From positions 4,650,001 to 4,714,000 of the forward strand of contig CM022678.1 in NCBI GenBank assembly GCA_012295275.1: a stretch of DNA of 64,000 nt, read 5' to 3'. The position numbers and the translations under genes were made by a program. This DNA comes from Chrysomallon squamiferum (lineage: Eukaryota > Animalia > Mollusca). Position 1 is the stretch's first letter. Each line of letters starts with the position of its first letter. The notes beneath the pieces are model-generated. The model did no database searches. It had not been told where the DNA came from and saw only the letters and a program-made list of their open reading frames with translations. Shown here in pieces: positions 38,866 to 57,515 of this stretch.

Positions 38866-39446
38866 TTCTTCTTCTTCTTCTTCTTATTATTATTATTATT
38901 ATTTATTTATTTATTATTATATAACGTTTTTTTTTTTTTTTTGCTGAACGCTGAAATAGGTAAACGTTTAATTCTAAATGTCTACAGTATTTACGGAACA
39001 TGGCAAGAAAAGATCGGGTTTGGAAACCTAATAAACTCTGCTTGGTCATTAGCTAATTGCTGGCCGCCATGTGAAAATTATTTGTTCTTTAATAATTAAT
39101 AAAATCTTGAATAATTATCGAATTGTATCTTAATCCAAGAGTCAAAGTTTGGGAAAAAAAAACGTCCATGGAAGATAAATTTTCTCGTTCTATTGCTCTG
39201 TCTGTTACGAAACAATGTATCGATGTCCACCATTTTATTATTATTATTTTTTTTCTGAAGTGTTTGTTACCAAATGGTGAACTATTTAAAAATTTCCTTT
39301 GTGTTCAAATATCAAGAGAAAGCATGTTTGAAATATTGCACCTTTATCATTGTATGCATGTATTTTTTAAATTTTTGTTTATATTGGTATGTATATCAAT
39401 GCTTGCATATAATTGTACTAATATATTTTAAAAGTTCACGTAATAC

Positions 39447-39570
<124 letters not shown>

Positions 39571-40084
39571 TTCCTAAAGTAAATTGCGTTGGATATAATC
39601 TTTACATATTAATAAAATACGTTTTTGATTTCGCACTTAAATATGAATGAACTGAAGCATGATTTTTCTGTTTTGAATGCAATATTTTCTTTTGTGTATT
39701 CCTGAAATATGAAGCACCGCTTCATGTAACTTAGCTACAAATGTATTCTGAATATGATATTGCTCTTGTGATCATTACCAATTTAAAACTGTTGGTGACA
39801 TCAGGTATCTGAATTATAGATAACACAGATATTTTCTTTGTTAATGTTTTTTTTGTTGTTCGTTCTGAGTTTATATTTTTATTGACTGATTTATTGATTA
39901 TCACTTATTTTAAATATTATTTAATACTTTTTTCTTCTTTTTTTATGAATACTAAATGAGACATACATATTAGTATTAAAGTAAATTCATACATACAAAA
40001 ATAAGGAATTTTGGGTTGAGATTTCTTAATTTTCAAGTTACTGGTGTTTTGTTTCATATATTTATATATACTATTTTATCTTGT

Positions 40085-40139
<55 letters not shown>

Positions 40140-40303
40140 TTTACATCATCTATATTTTTAACAGCACATCAAGAAAATCATGTTAACATACAAACACACA
40201 GAAGGACCTTTTAGGTGAGGTTTCTTATTTTTGTTGATTTTGTTTTTTTTTTCTTTGTTTTTTTTTTTCTTTCATTTTTATTTTTCTTTCTTTCTTTCTT
40301 TCT

Positions 40304-40342
<39 letters not shown>

Positions 40343-41489
40343 TTATTATTATTATTTTAAATAATACAAAAAATAAAATAATATAACCGTAACTAGACTG
40401 TAAACAGAAAACTTGTTTGTTCTTTGTAAAAAGAATTAATGTGAACTTCCAGCATCCAGATTACCTTAGGCTTTATGATGATAAAAAACCTGTACCTTTG
40501 AAACCGTTAAATATAAACTAAAACTATAAAATGAAATTTCACCCTGGTCTTTAAATGATATATTTTTACATGGCTATAAATATATTTTTTTCTTCGAAGA
40601 CTTTTTCCCTCTAATTCTTTGTCCGTTTGTTTTTTTCCAAGTCTGTCGTTATTTTAAGTGTAACATGGTGATATTTCTTCAGTGCTTTATAGTGTTACTG
40701 GGGCTTTTAAAAGCGAGGAACACATTTTTCCTGATCACCGTCTAATAAATCGCAGTCTCATAACATTATCATACGAAAGAAAAATGATCTTATCGGACAA
40801 GTCAGAGTGAGTTTATTCATTTTATGTCATTTTTTGTTTCTTATTTTTTTAGTTCTTAAGAAAATGTAAGAAAATGTTCACAAAATTAGGCTTAAATTAA
40901 AATACAAAATTAAAATTCAAAAATAAAATTAGCCTACAGACGACTGCAAAACGTATATCATGACTCTACGAAGGTGAAAATGAAATCACGAGGAGCAGGG
41001 GTCCATGTATAATAAATAAATAAATAGAATAGAATAGAATAGAATAAAATAGAATAGAATAAAAATAAAATAATTCTTCATAAAAAGAATACATATTTTT
41101 TCAGTTCTCTTTCACAAACATCAATGGTAAGATGCACTCGTTGAAGCGAGACATCGATGTAAAGTTCCTAATCGAAGGATAGAAGCAATGAACGAATTAA
41201 TTTTTCATAATTGTTTCTTTTTTTTCTAGTACAAAGGTAATTTTGTTGCTGTTTGAAGATGGTTACAGTAAAACAAATCTGATATGAAGTAATAATTAAT
41301 TGAACTTTGAATAACGATATTTGTTTGCATGCCCTGAAGTATGAAAAAAAACCAATACTCAATCTTTACAGGTTTTGTTTAATGACTGGTAATTATTTTA
41401 AAGTCATTATAATCAATAATTATAGTTGCTTTGCTTGCGATAAAGAGGAAGATGTATATATTATTGTTATTGGATCTTCCGTCATATTT

Positions 41490-41785
41490 TATGTTTCCGA
41501 AACCGTCTTTATATTCATTGCAAATTCTGTAGAAATCGTTCGATCTGTCAGTTCTTACATGAGAAACCTGTCTGTGATTGAGAAACAATAACTGTAAGAC
41601 AGACATTGCTGATAATGGTAGCCCGACCACAGAAAGATATATTCTAGGTGTGTATAAACGTTATAATATAAAGACATTATAAGTTTGTGTGGATGTCTGT
41701 TTGTGTGTATGCCTCTGTTTGTCTGTGTGTATGTCTCTGTCTGTATATAACTCTTTATACCCAGCATCCTCCATTACTAATTTTA
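41490..41785 (-). pseudogene. Degenerate exon 2 and exon 3 remnants
   Basis: [21 protein letters not shown] at 41490-41570 (like 6045-6122), plus the exon-2 end ATTAGTAATGGAGGATGCTGG at 41761-41782. Confidence 0.65.
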
Positions 41786-41904
41786 CTGATATTCTGAACA
41801 AAATTTTACAAAAAAAAAAAAAAAAAAAAAAGAAAGAAAAAGCCAAAGAACGCCAATGATCGACAAAAAAAGATTACTGTGAATATTTGGTAATAATAAT
41901 AATG

Positions 41905-42025
<121 letters not shown>

Positions 42026-42835
42026 GTGTGAATGTGTGTGTGTGTTTTTAACAAACTGCTTTCATGACAGCTGTATTGCTCCTCCTTTAGAAATTCATGC
42101 AATATTCTAACATTTTTCAGTAACTTTTTGCTACAGCCACATACCGTGTAGTGACTCAGCGTGTTTGCATAAAATTATTTAAATCATTGAAAACCCTGAA
42201 TACTATTATTTAGTACTTTACTCATAGGCAGTGTTGCTTGTGGTTATTATTAAACGAAATGTTTGGATTTTAAAGGGAACAATAATTTTTTCGGTTTCAT
42301 TTCAAAACGTGAAGGAATATAACGTTTACAATCTTCTTATATGAAGATAATTCAACGTGTGAAAAAATCAAAAGAAATTAAAAAACATGTGGATAAAAAG
42401 AAAAATTTAGAAATGAAGCAATGGAGAAATATATGTACTCATCACACAAAAGGAATTCTTAAAAAAAAAAGAAGAAGAAGGAAAAAAAAAGAACAAACTA
42501 CAAACTGGTTTTGGATGTTGTGCAGGTCTAAAGGATGTACGGCCTCGGTGTTGCTGTTGTTGTTCTTCTTCTTCTTCTTCTTATTCTTCTTCTGCTTCTT
42601 CTTCTTCTTCTTATTATTATTTTTGCTGCTGTTGTTTGTGTTGCTGATATTGTAGTGATTGTGGTTATTGTTGTTACAAAACATAATAGGAAAACACAGT
42701 AACCTCGTTATTAAAGTCAGGAAAGTATTAACTATTTAAAAAGTTTTTATTTTTATTTGAGTAGTCTGCTTTTATTATGAGAGTGAGGTTAGATTAATGA
42801 GAGGCATAACAATCATTGCAATAATTCTTTTTTAG

Positions 42836-43030
42836 GTGATGGTCTTGACTGGCACAATGGTTGTTATTTCCGTACAAAAGAACAAAGACTTGGACAGTTC
42901 AGCTGACAACTGTGCTGAAACTTACTAAGGTGCGTGGTTGGTCAGAAATGTTCTGACAACTGAAAAAGTCACTGCAGTTTCGAAAATAAAGAACAGTTAT
43001 GAAAAATAAGACGATCTTACTTCTTCCCTC
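42836..43030 (+). pseudogene. Degenerate exon 5 remnant (twin of 650-845)
   Basis: TTTTTAG|GTGATGGTCTTGACTGGCACAATGGTTGTTATTTC..., with a frameshift, stop and internal deletion before AGAACAGTTATGAAA. Confidence 0.75.
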
Positions 43031-44010
43031 TGTTTGATGAAAACACAGTAATACGTGGACATATGTCGAGATATGTGAAGTCTCTGTGAATTAATGTTCG
43101 TTGTGGTGTTGATTATTGCACTTTATTTTGAAAATTAGTTTATAAATACTTATGTTATGATTCATTTCAAACTGTTTTCTTTGAATATTTCAAACTACAA
43201 TGCTTTTCAATAATTTCAATCTTAATTGTTGTGAACCATCAATAACAAGCTGGATATCACGTGTTCACACATGTAGCTAGAAAAAGAAAACGAAACTGTT
43301 TTATTATAACTGTAAAACAACTGCAGTCTATGGATTATAGAAAATGTATAGTGTTTGAGATTTTAACTACGATTCAGTACATATAAATCAATTATATTAT
43401 GATTATTGGAATTAAAGTTAAATATTTATTGTATAACAGTAAGACTTGTGTGTTATCTATTACATTTATTTTGCAGCATTCAGTTTCATGCATCAGTGAA
43501 ACTTCCTCTTTGTACTGGAGTGTTGGCAAACATAAAATATTTATTATTTGATTGAATCTGGGCTTCTATTAGAAAAACATAAACAGATACTTCGCTTTCA
43601 GACTGTATCGACATAATCTCTGCAAAACAAATTATATAGATAAGTCATAACAATTGACGACAATCAATTACATGTTAATGTTTTCACAAGAAAAAAACAA
43701 ACAACAACACTTCACTTCTTCAAGTTTAATTCTATTACACATTGTCTGTATCAGTATTTATATATTTCATATCGACATTTGCGACGAAGCACTCATTAAA
43801 ACGTGTTCCTTTTGTACAACAAATTACTTTTCCACGCCTATTTGTCTGATAACTGAAAAAAAGGAAACGAACAATTAATTATTTTCGTCAAAAAACATAG
43901 AGTATTCCAAAAATCAGTATTGAACGGAAATACAGCTCCGATCTATTTGTGCACAAGACAAGATCAACAACAATCTGATTTCTCCGGACACAACAACCAC
44001 AACGTCAACT

Positions 44011-47320
<3,310 letters not shown>

Positions 47321-47695
47321 TTTGAAGACAATACATTGGATAGAAAAACACATCAATCTGGAATCTTGCCTAGATTTGGCAGTCATGTTTTTTAAATGTA
47401 TTTTGTTAATATCCCTGTTAGACTGTTAACGTCGATATATCATAATATGAAAATTAATAGTTATAAATGTAAGATCATATAAAAATGTATTACATATATT
47501 AAAAGTAAGAAAGATGCTATTAAAGGTCAAAAAGACAACTTGATTCTCGTTGTAATATTTGATTTGTATCAAAGAAATGACGTCACAATAAAATGGTCGT
47601 CTGCCTTGCAGAGTGAATTTATTTTTGTCATTCTTTAGAACAAATCAAATTTTAAAGATTAGTTAATACAGAGAGAGAGATAGATAGATAGATTT

Positions 47696-47732
<37 letters not shown>

Positions 47733-48146
47733 TACACACACACAAAGACACACAGAAAGATATAAAATAATACTTTCGCGAAATATTATTATAATTAAAA
47801 TAACATATCCAAACTAAAGTTTCCTACTTCGATGATTGACAGAAGAACCTCGTCACTGAATGAGAAAGGACACGAAGGTTTGTTGCACATTGTAATCTTC
47901 TTGAAAATATTACTTCTGTTAACTGATATTTCGTAGGTTTTTCGATCACGAAACCAACATGATTCATAAAAACTGGTTCCAAATTAGCCAGAAGCTGGCA
48001 GTCACAGAGCAAACACGATAAAAATTATCTTCACTGAAGACATATTTGACATAGTTCTTGATGCTTCAGTTGGTGTCGTTGTTTTCTTCTTAAGAGATGA
48101 GTTACTTCATGTTCAATTATTTACTCTAGTGAAGTGTCCCTTTTCA

Positions 48147-48239
48147 GTATTTTCTTAAAATAAATAAAATGATAAAGTAGTATATGTGTATTTTCTTAAA
48201 ATAAATAAAATGATAAAGTAGTATATGTGTATTTTCTTA
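48147..48239. repeat. 41-bp tandem duplication
   Basis: GTATTTTCTTAAAATAAATAAAATGATAAAGTAGTATATGT twice plus a partial copy; single copy in the homologous 25920-25965. Confidence 0.85.
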
Positions 48240-49324
48240 GTGGTTTTATTTTTATTGTATGTGTGTGTCTGTGCTTTCACTTGTCCTTTATTTTCGTACA
48301 TATTACATACAAATTCGTTCTTTCTCTATATCTTTTTTTTTTTCATCGCAGCTTTATCGGAAACATTTTTTGTTTGAATATTTAATTCTTTGCTTCATCA
48401 CTCTAACACACGCTGTCTTTCATTAAATAGACATGAAAAAGTGAAAAATTTTAGTTTTTCTAAGTAAACGGAATTTGATTTTAATGTTATTCAAGGGATA
48501 CAGATATTTACAATTTTCTTACTGAAACAACAATACACAGAACGAATACGTCTTTAATGAATGTTCGTTTAATGACATATCTGAAGAAAGACTGCTATTG
48601 ACCAATGTCAGATTCCAAGAGAATCAACAATAATCTTAATGCAAGACATTCGCCAATAAAAATTAAGCATTGATTCATTCATGTTATGAATTCCAGAGTG
48701 AATCTAGTTAAGTACAGTATTTTAAAATAATGAATAATTTTTTGTTCCAAATGCATTGAAAAACCAAAGTTCATTGAACACACATTTTCTCGTTGTATTG
48801 CTCTATTTCGAAATAATACATCGATTTTCGTCACTTTTTATCTCCTTTTTTTTCTTCAGAAGAAAGCTAATTTAAAATTTACTTTGCACTCAAACATCAA
48901 GAGAAAGCATGTTTCAAATATAGCACCTTTATTTGCACATGTATATATGTTTTCGGTGTTAGTATATATGTATAAATGAAAGTATGAGCATATTTTTTCA
49001 AGTGTAAATTTACTGTTGCTGTTGTCAGTTGTTGATTTGGTTTTCAAATTAAAAATACATAATCCTCTTTTGAATGAAACCTCGGTGTTTCGAATTAAAT
49101 TAATCTTCCATGATCACATGAGTGAATCAGTTGAATAAGGTAATCTACATTTTGCATTTTAATAATGTTTATTGTCATCTTCAGTTTATATACATTAAAG
49201 ACTGAGAAGATAATAACATAGGATCAATTAGCCAGCTCACAACTACTGTGAAGACGACAAGAACAACAACAGTGTCATTTCTCTCAAAAAGAGCACAAAG
49301 AAAACGAGAAAGACCACGTCAAGT

Positions 49325-50700
<1,376 letters not shown>

Positions 50701-52956
50701 TTGAGACAGAAAAATAACGATCACAGTGCAGTTGACTCCCTTTCATTGAGATTTGAAATTTAAATAATAAATCTTTATTCTCTGATTCATTTGTTGTATT
50801 TCTTTCTTTATTTATTTATTTTTATCATGAAAGAGGACTAAATGTTTCGAAAATTAAAGTCTCTATAACAGAAAATCCGTCTCTAAAGATGCTCGTTTGC
50901 TCTAGCAAGGTGTGGCTATCACGTCATCACGTAAAGTGAAGGTATGCAATTGTTAAGTTAGAACAATCTGTACGTGCCTGTTTATCTTTATCCGAAAAAA
51001 TCCAGCATTAATACTTACTAAAATAAGTGAAATAATTAGAAACATGTATTAAATGTAAACAGAGTATTATCATTCAAAAAGTATTTGATGATGTGTCGTA
51101 GTACAAACTGAATTTTCTTCAACATGGGTCCAGTTTGATCAAATATCTACTGTATTTTAACACGACTCAGTCTAGCAGTTAACAAGTTGTTTTAATTAAT
51201 GGTCATCTGACAAGGAATTTATAAACAGTATAAACCAGTTCTATAAACACACAGAAATAAACGAAAACGAAATTAAGGTATATTTACTATTTTATGTCGT
51301 GTAGAGAATACACGAGAGACACTACTGAGTTCACTGACAATTTCTAGTCTCGAAATAGTACATCGATACTCATAATTTCGTTATCGTTTTATTTTATTTT
51401 TCTTCTTTTTTCTGTAGTAACCTAATGAAAAATTAACTTTATGTTCGAATATCGAGAGAAAACATGTTTGAAATATTCCACCTTTATCTTTGTACGTATA
51501 CATATTCTTGTATGTATGTGTGCATCTATAAACGCATGAATGAGTATATTTATTCAAGTGTAAGTTTACTGTTACTGTTGTCAGTGCAAAACGTGATACC
51601 ACAAATTAAAAATACTGCTTACGTAGAGTACACAACTGGTGACACAAACCGTCCATTTAAAAGTAAAAAAGTTGAAGAGTTTTTGTAGGGGAACTGACGT
51701 GTAACCAGTTTGTTCAATCGCTTTTATTTATTTATGTAATTTGTACTCTAGAGACTGATTCGATAACTTCTGAAAGCGAGAGTTCGATTGATAACTTTTT
51801 AACACATAAAAGATGCAATCAACTAATAAATGTTTAATGTTTGTTTGGCGACTCTCCAGTACTAAGATTGCTGTTTATTATTAAAGATATATTCTGTAAA
51901 GTTAATATAATACATAACATAGTTGAGCGGTTTTCTAAGATGCTTATTATAACACGTAATTTTGATTTGTGGTGTAACTGTGTTTTCAGTTCTGTAATCA
52001 ATTCATTTTATTAATCGAGTTGATTTAAAAGGCTTGCATCTATGTTTAGAAGGAAAGTGATCTGCCGATGGATATACGTTTGTTTCGTCATGGAAGAATG
52101 TGGTAACCTGTTGTTTTCTTATTCTGAGATGGTGTAATGTCTAATTAAACTGTCTCAGTAACAATTATGAAGTTTAACTTGTTAAATCTCCCTCGAGAAG
52201 AATCTTATTTTTATATTGGTTCCCCGGCTGATGTTAATTCACTTTCTCACACGAGATATTCAAATATATTTTATCATAATTTGTAGTATCGATTATCATT
52301 AACTTTCTTGTGATTAAATAGGAAATATGCCTTAATTTTTTTGTGTTTATTTATCTAGTGTATTGGTGGAACTGGTTTGTTCAGTTTATAAATTCCCTGT
52401 CAGATGACCATTAATTAAAAACATCTTGTTAACTGCTAGGCTGAGTCGTGTTAAAATACAGCAGATGTTTGACCAAACTGGACTCATGCTGAAGGTAATT
52501 CACTTTTTACTACGAGACATCATCAAACACTTTTTTGAATGATAATACTCGGTTTACATTTAATACATGGTTGTAATTATTCCAGGTATTTTAGTAAGTA
52601 TTAATGTTGTATTGTTTGGGATAAAGGTAAACAGACACGTACAGATTGTTCTAACTTAACAATTGTATTCCTACACTTTACGAGACGTTAGATCACGTGA
52701 TATCCACACTTTGCTAGAGAAAATTAGCATCTTTAGAGACTGATTTTCGAAACACTGAGTCCTCTGCTATGATAAAAAAATAAATAAATAAATAAAACAA
52801 ATGAATCAGAGCATAAAGATTTATTAATTAAATTTCAAAACTCAATGAAAGCGAGTCAACACCACTGTGATCGTTATTTTTCTACGTCTTTACGATTAGT
52901 TTTCTGACACAGATCTCTCACATGTATCGGTCCACATATTTTGTAATTAATCCGGA

Positions 52957-54165
52957 CTACGGCACGATCTTAGATGGTCTTATTTTCATAACTGCTCCTT
53001 TTACTGGTTGATACCATTGTTTTCTCCATTGATACCACCAAACTGAAGTCTTATCAGCCGTCGTTACATATGTGTACTTTCCATTTAGATTGGCGTCAGA
53101 ACAATGCTCGTACCACCAAGCTCCTTGATAGTCTACAGCACAGTTCCGACTTGCCGTGTCCACATCTTTGTCTTTCGTAGAGAAATAACAGCCATTAGTA
53201 AATGAGAGACCATCACCTGAAAAACAATGATTAAGAAACATTTTATTATCTACATGTTCTTTAGTCTATACACTAATTTAAGAAAATATCTACTTCTGTC
53301 TCTAAATAATAAAAAAAAAATATATATATCAATATACATTTCTACTGAATATGTGAGCATTAAAATAAATGCTTATTTTTTAATAAGTTATTAACGAGTT
53401 AACTTTTATCAGTTTTGTGTTCATCTGTCTATCCATCCGTAATGAAAACTGAAATAAACTAGTCTGTCTTATAGTACCAACCAGAATAACTGCATCATCA
53501 TAGTTATGAAATAACATTTTATTATCTTCATGTTATTTAGGCTATACTCTAACCAACGAAAATGCCTACATCTCTCTGTACATAATAATAAATATATACA
53601 TATCAATATATAATTTTTCTGAATATCTGAGCGCTAAAATAACTGCATAAATTTTTATAAGTTGTTAACGAGTTAACTGTGTTACCACTTTTGTGTTTAT
53701 CTGTCTATCCATCCGTAATCAAAACCTAAATAAAAGTCTGTCTTATAATAACAACCAGAATAACTGCATCATCACTATTACTACTACTACTATCATTACA
53801 ACAACAACAGCAGCAACAACAACAACAGGTAAATATGATAATAATACTGCCAATAATAATAAAAAGGAGAAGGTGAAAAAAATAAAATGAAGCTGACAAA
53901 AAAAGAAGAAGAACAAAAAAACCAGTAATCGAAAGTTAACATCACATATCATCAAAGTAAATGATAAGAAAAAAGTAATATTATTATGAACACATGTACC
54001 AGCAGTTCCACTGTAATTGGCTATAGACAACTGGAAGTTATTTTCTTCTCCTGCTATGGAGAAATTCTTGTAGGAGGCATAGCCCGAGTATCCTTCAAAA
54101 TCTTCTAAATCTACCCTCAGTTCATAAAGTCCTTGAGTAGTCAGTCTGTGAATATTGGTGTTACC

Positions 54166-54220
<55 letters not shown>

Positions 54221-55160
54221 TATGATAATGCTTATAATGATCATCATCAGTGTGATGATGATGATAATGATAATATAAATACGAACAGCGATACTTGTGT
54301 TGGAACAAATGTGACACAAACTGCGAATATAAGTTATATTTTCATTAAAAAAACATTTATCTATTTCAGTATCAATTTGCATCAACAGGCCAGTCTCTCG
54401 AAAAGATAATCAGGTTTAAACATACCCAGCCAGAACTCATTGCGTAAATTTCCGAAACCGTCTTTGTATTCATTCCAAGTTCTGTAGAAATCTTCCGATC
54501 CGTCAGTCCTTCTCTGTAAAACCTCATTAAATAAGGAAACAGGTGAGTATGAACTTAGATTGCGCAGTCTTGTCCAAACCGTCATATGATGGCGAGATAT
54601 TAAACAATATATATATATATACACACAAACATACATACCTACATACATACATACATACATACATACATACATACATACATACATAAAGTAACAAAGAAGG
54701 AAAACAAAAGAAACAAATATAATAATCTGTTGAATGTCGACTCTAAGATGTACCCAGATCAGTTAATTAAGTAGCAGAACCTGTGACTACAAATCTCCGA
54801 ATCTGGAGAAATGGCATGTCGTAAAAGATAAATGATTCACAACTTAACTTACGGTACACAGACTCTTACCTGATAGGGTTATCATACGAGCAGGCTTATA
54901 TGTCTGTAAACGTGTTTCTAAGTCGGTTTTTGTCTAGATAAAGATATTCCTGACTTACCAGCCATCCTCCATTACTAATCTCACAGTAGACACTGATTGG
55001 CTTTCCACCGTCACGTGGTTGTACCAAATAAATCCCATCAGTCTGAATTCCTTTTTTCAGGACATTGTAACAGTCAGCAGGTTCATCGTTTTCAACATCT
55101 GTAAAATCAATTCACTGTATTCTGAGTAAATATTTATCTCTAAAATGCGAACACATAATC

Positions 55161-55202
<42 letters not shown>

Positions 55203-55625
55203 ATAATAATAATAATAAGAAGAAGAAGAAGAAGAAGAAGACGAAGAAGAAACAAATTAGGAAGAAGACAAACACAACTGAGAAATGTTATGAAAGAAAG
55301 ATAATAATTTACCGAAACGTCGCATTCCCGAATAATTTTCAAAAGTAGAACGAAAAGCTTCTTCACCGTATAACAAACAATTGTTGTCAGTGGTCGAATA
55401 GAAAATACTTCGGCAGCCACGACGATGATAGCAATTTACTGCGCACTGTAATCTTCCTGAGGTGGTCATTTGTTTTAAACTTTGTGATTTGGGTTTTACA
55501 TCTCGAAATAATGGTGATTCCTGCAAATTGGTTTCAACGTTGCCAGAAGCTGGACAAACTTCTGAGGCAGCCGTGGAGTCAAACAGGAAGAAAATCATGA
55601 GTGATATATACTTCACAGACGTCAT
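52957..55625 (-). CDS. Gene B': PAN + FReD protein, 324 aa
   Basis: Exons 55625-55313, 55098-54959, 54522-54426, 54164-54000, 53216-52957; open frame. Confidence 0.92.
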
Positions 55626-57515
55626 ATTTGATGAAGTTGTTGTTGTCGTCTTCGAAGGCGTTATACTTGCTGTCCTTTCCTTCGTCCTCAGTGAAATAAT
55701 GCTTGATGAAATTATGTCGTGTATAGAAAAGACGAGAGACACTAAGAGTTTCTAGCCTCGTTTTGATCTTGTAATCGAACAATGTTTTAAATTAATAATG
55801 ACAGCAAATACTGTATTTACAGTAACTCATTGAAATTCAAGTGAACAGTTACTTTTAAATAATCCATTTGTTGTTAGTGTTATGGTTCACGAGAATTGTG
55901 CTGATCTATACAATAATGCAATTCATCAGGACCATTGGTCTGCGACTACTGAATCCAAGAGATCTAAATCGAATAAAACAATTCGTACGTCCATTAGTTT
56001 TGATATACTTCTATGAATCTATAATACTTAATAAATTACATTTTAATTTGTACTGAAAGTTTGAGAAAACAAGCGTTCATTGAATGTATATTTTCTCATT
56101 GAACTGCTCAGTCTATTATGAAATGTTACATCGATATTCACCAATTTTTAATCGAATGAAAAATTCACTTTCTGCTGGAATATCCAGGGAAAGCAAGTTT
56201 GAAATATTATGTTTGTATGTATACATATTTTTTTTATGTAGGTGTGTATCTACAGGTACTGACGTGTAACCAGTTTGTTCAGTCGCTGTTATGTATTTAT
56301 GTAATTTGTACTCTAGAGACTGATTCGACATCTTCTCATTGTGAGCTATCGATTTATAACTTTCTAAAAGATAAAAGATGGAATAAACTAATAAATGTTT
56401 AATGTGTGTTTGGCGACTCTCCAGTACTAAGATTGCTGTTTATTATTAAAGACAGAATCTGTAAAGTTAATATAATACATAACACAGTTGAGCGGTTTTC
56501 TTAGATGCTTATTATAACTCGTAATGTTGATTTGTGGTGTAACTGTGTTTTCAGTTCTGTAATCAATTCATTTTATTAATCGAGTTGATTTAAAAGGCTT
56601 GCATCTATGTTCATAAGCAAAGTGATCAGGCGACGGATATACTTTTGTTTCGTCATGGAAGAATGTGGTAACCTGTTGTTTTCTTATTCTGAGATGGTGT
56701 AATGTCTAATTAAACTGTCTCAGTAACAATTATGAAGTTTAACTTGTTAAATCTCTCCTTCGAGAATATTTTTATATTGGTTCGACGGCTGATGTTAATT
56801 CACTTTCTCACACAAGATATTCAAATATATTTTATTATAATTTGTAATATCGATTATCATTAACTTTCTTGTGATTAAATAGTAGATATACCTTAATTTG
56901 TTTTGTGTTTATTTATTTAGTATATTGATATAACTGGTTTATACAATTCCTAAATTCGTTGTCAGATGACCATTAAGTAAAAACCTCTAGTTAACTGCTA
57001 GACTGAGGCGCGTTGAAATACAGCAGATGTTTGATCAAACTGGAACCATGTTGAAGATAATTCAATTTCTACAACGAGACATCATCAAACACTTTTTGAA
57101 TGATAATATTCGATTTACATTTAACACATGGTTGTAATTATTCCAGTTATTTTAGTAAGTATTAATGTTGTATTGTTTCGGATAAAGGTAAAGAGGCACG
57201 TAGAGATTGTTCTAACAGAACAGTTTCATTCCTTCACTTTACGACATGTTTGATCACGTGATATCCACACTTTGCTAGATAAAATAAGCATGTTTAGAGA
57301 CTGATTTTCGAAAGACTGAGTCCTCTGCTACGATAACAAAATATAAGTAAATAAAACAAATGAATCAAAGCATAAAGATTTATTAATTAAATTTCAAATC
57401 TCAATGAAAGCGAGTCATCTCCACCTTGATCGTTATTTTTCTATGTCTCTGAGATTAGTTTTCTGACACAGATCTCTCACATGAATCGGTTCACATATTT
57501 TATAATTAATCCGGA

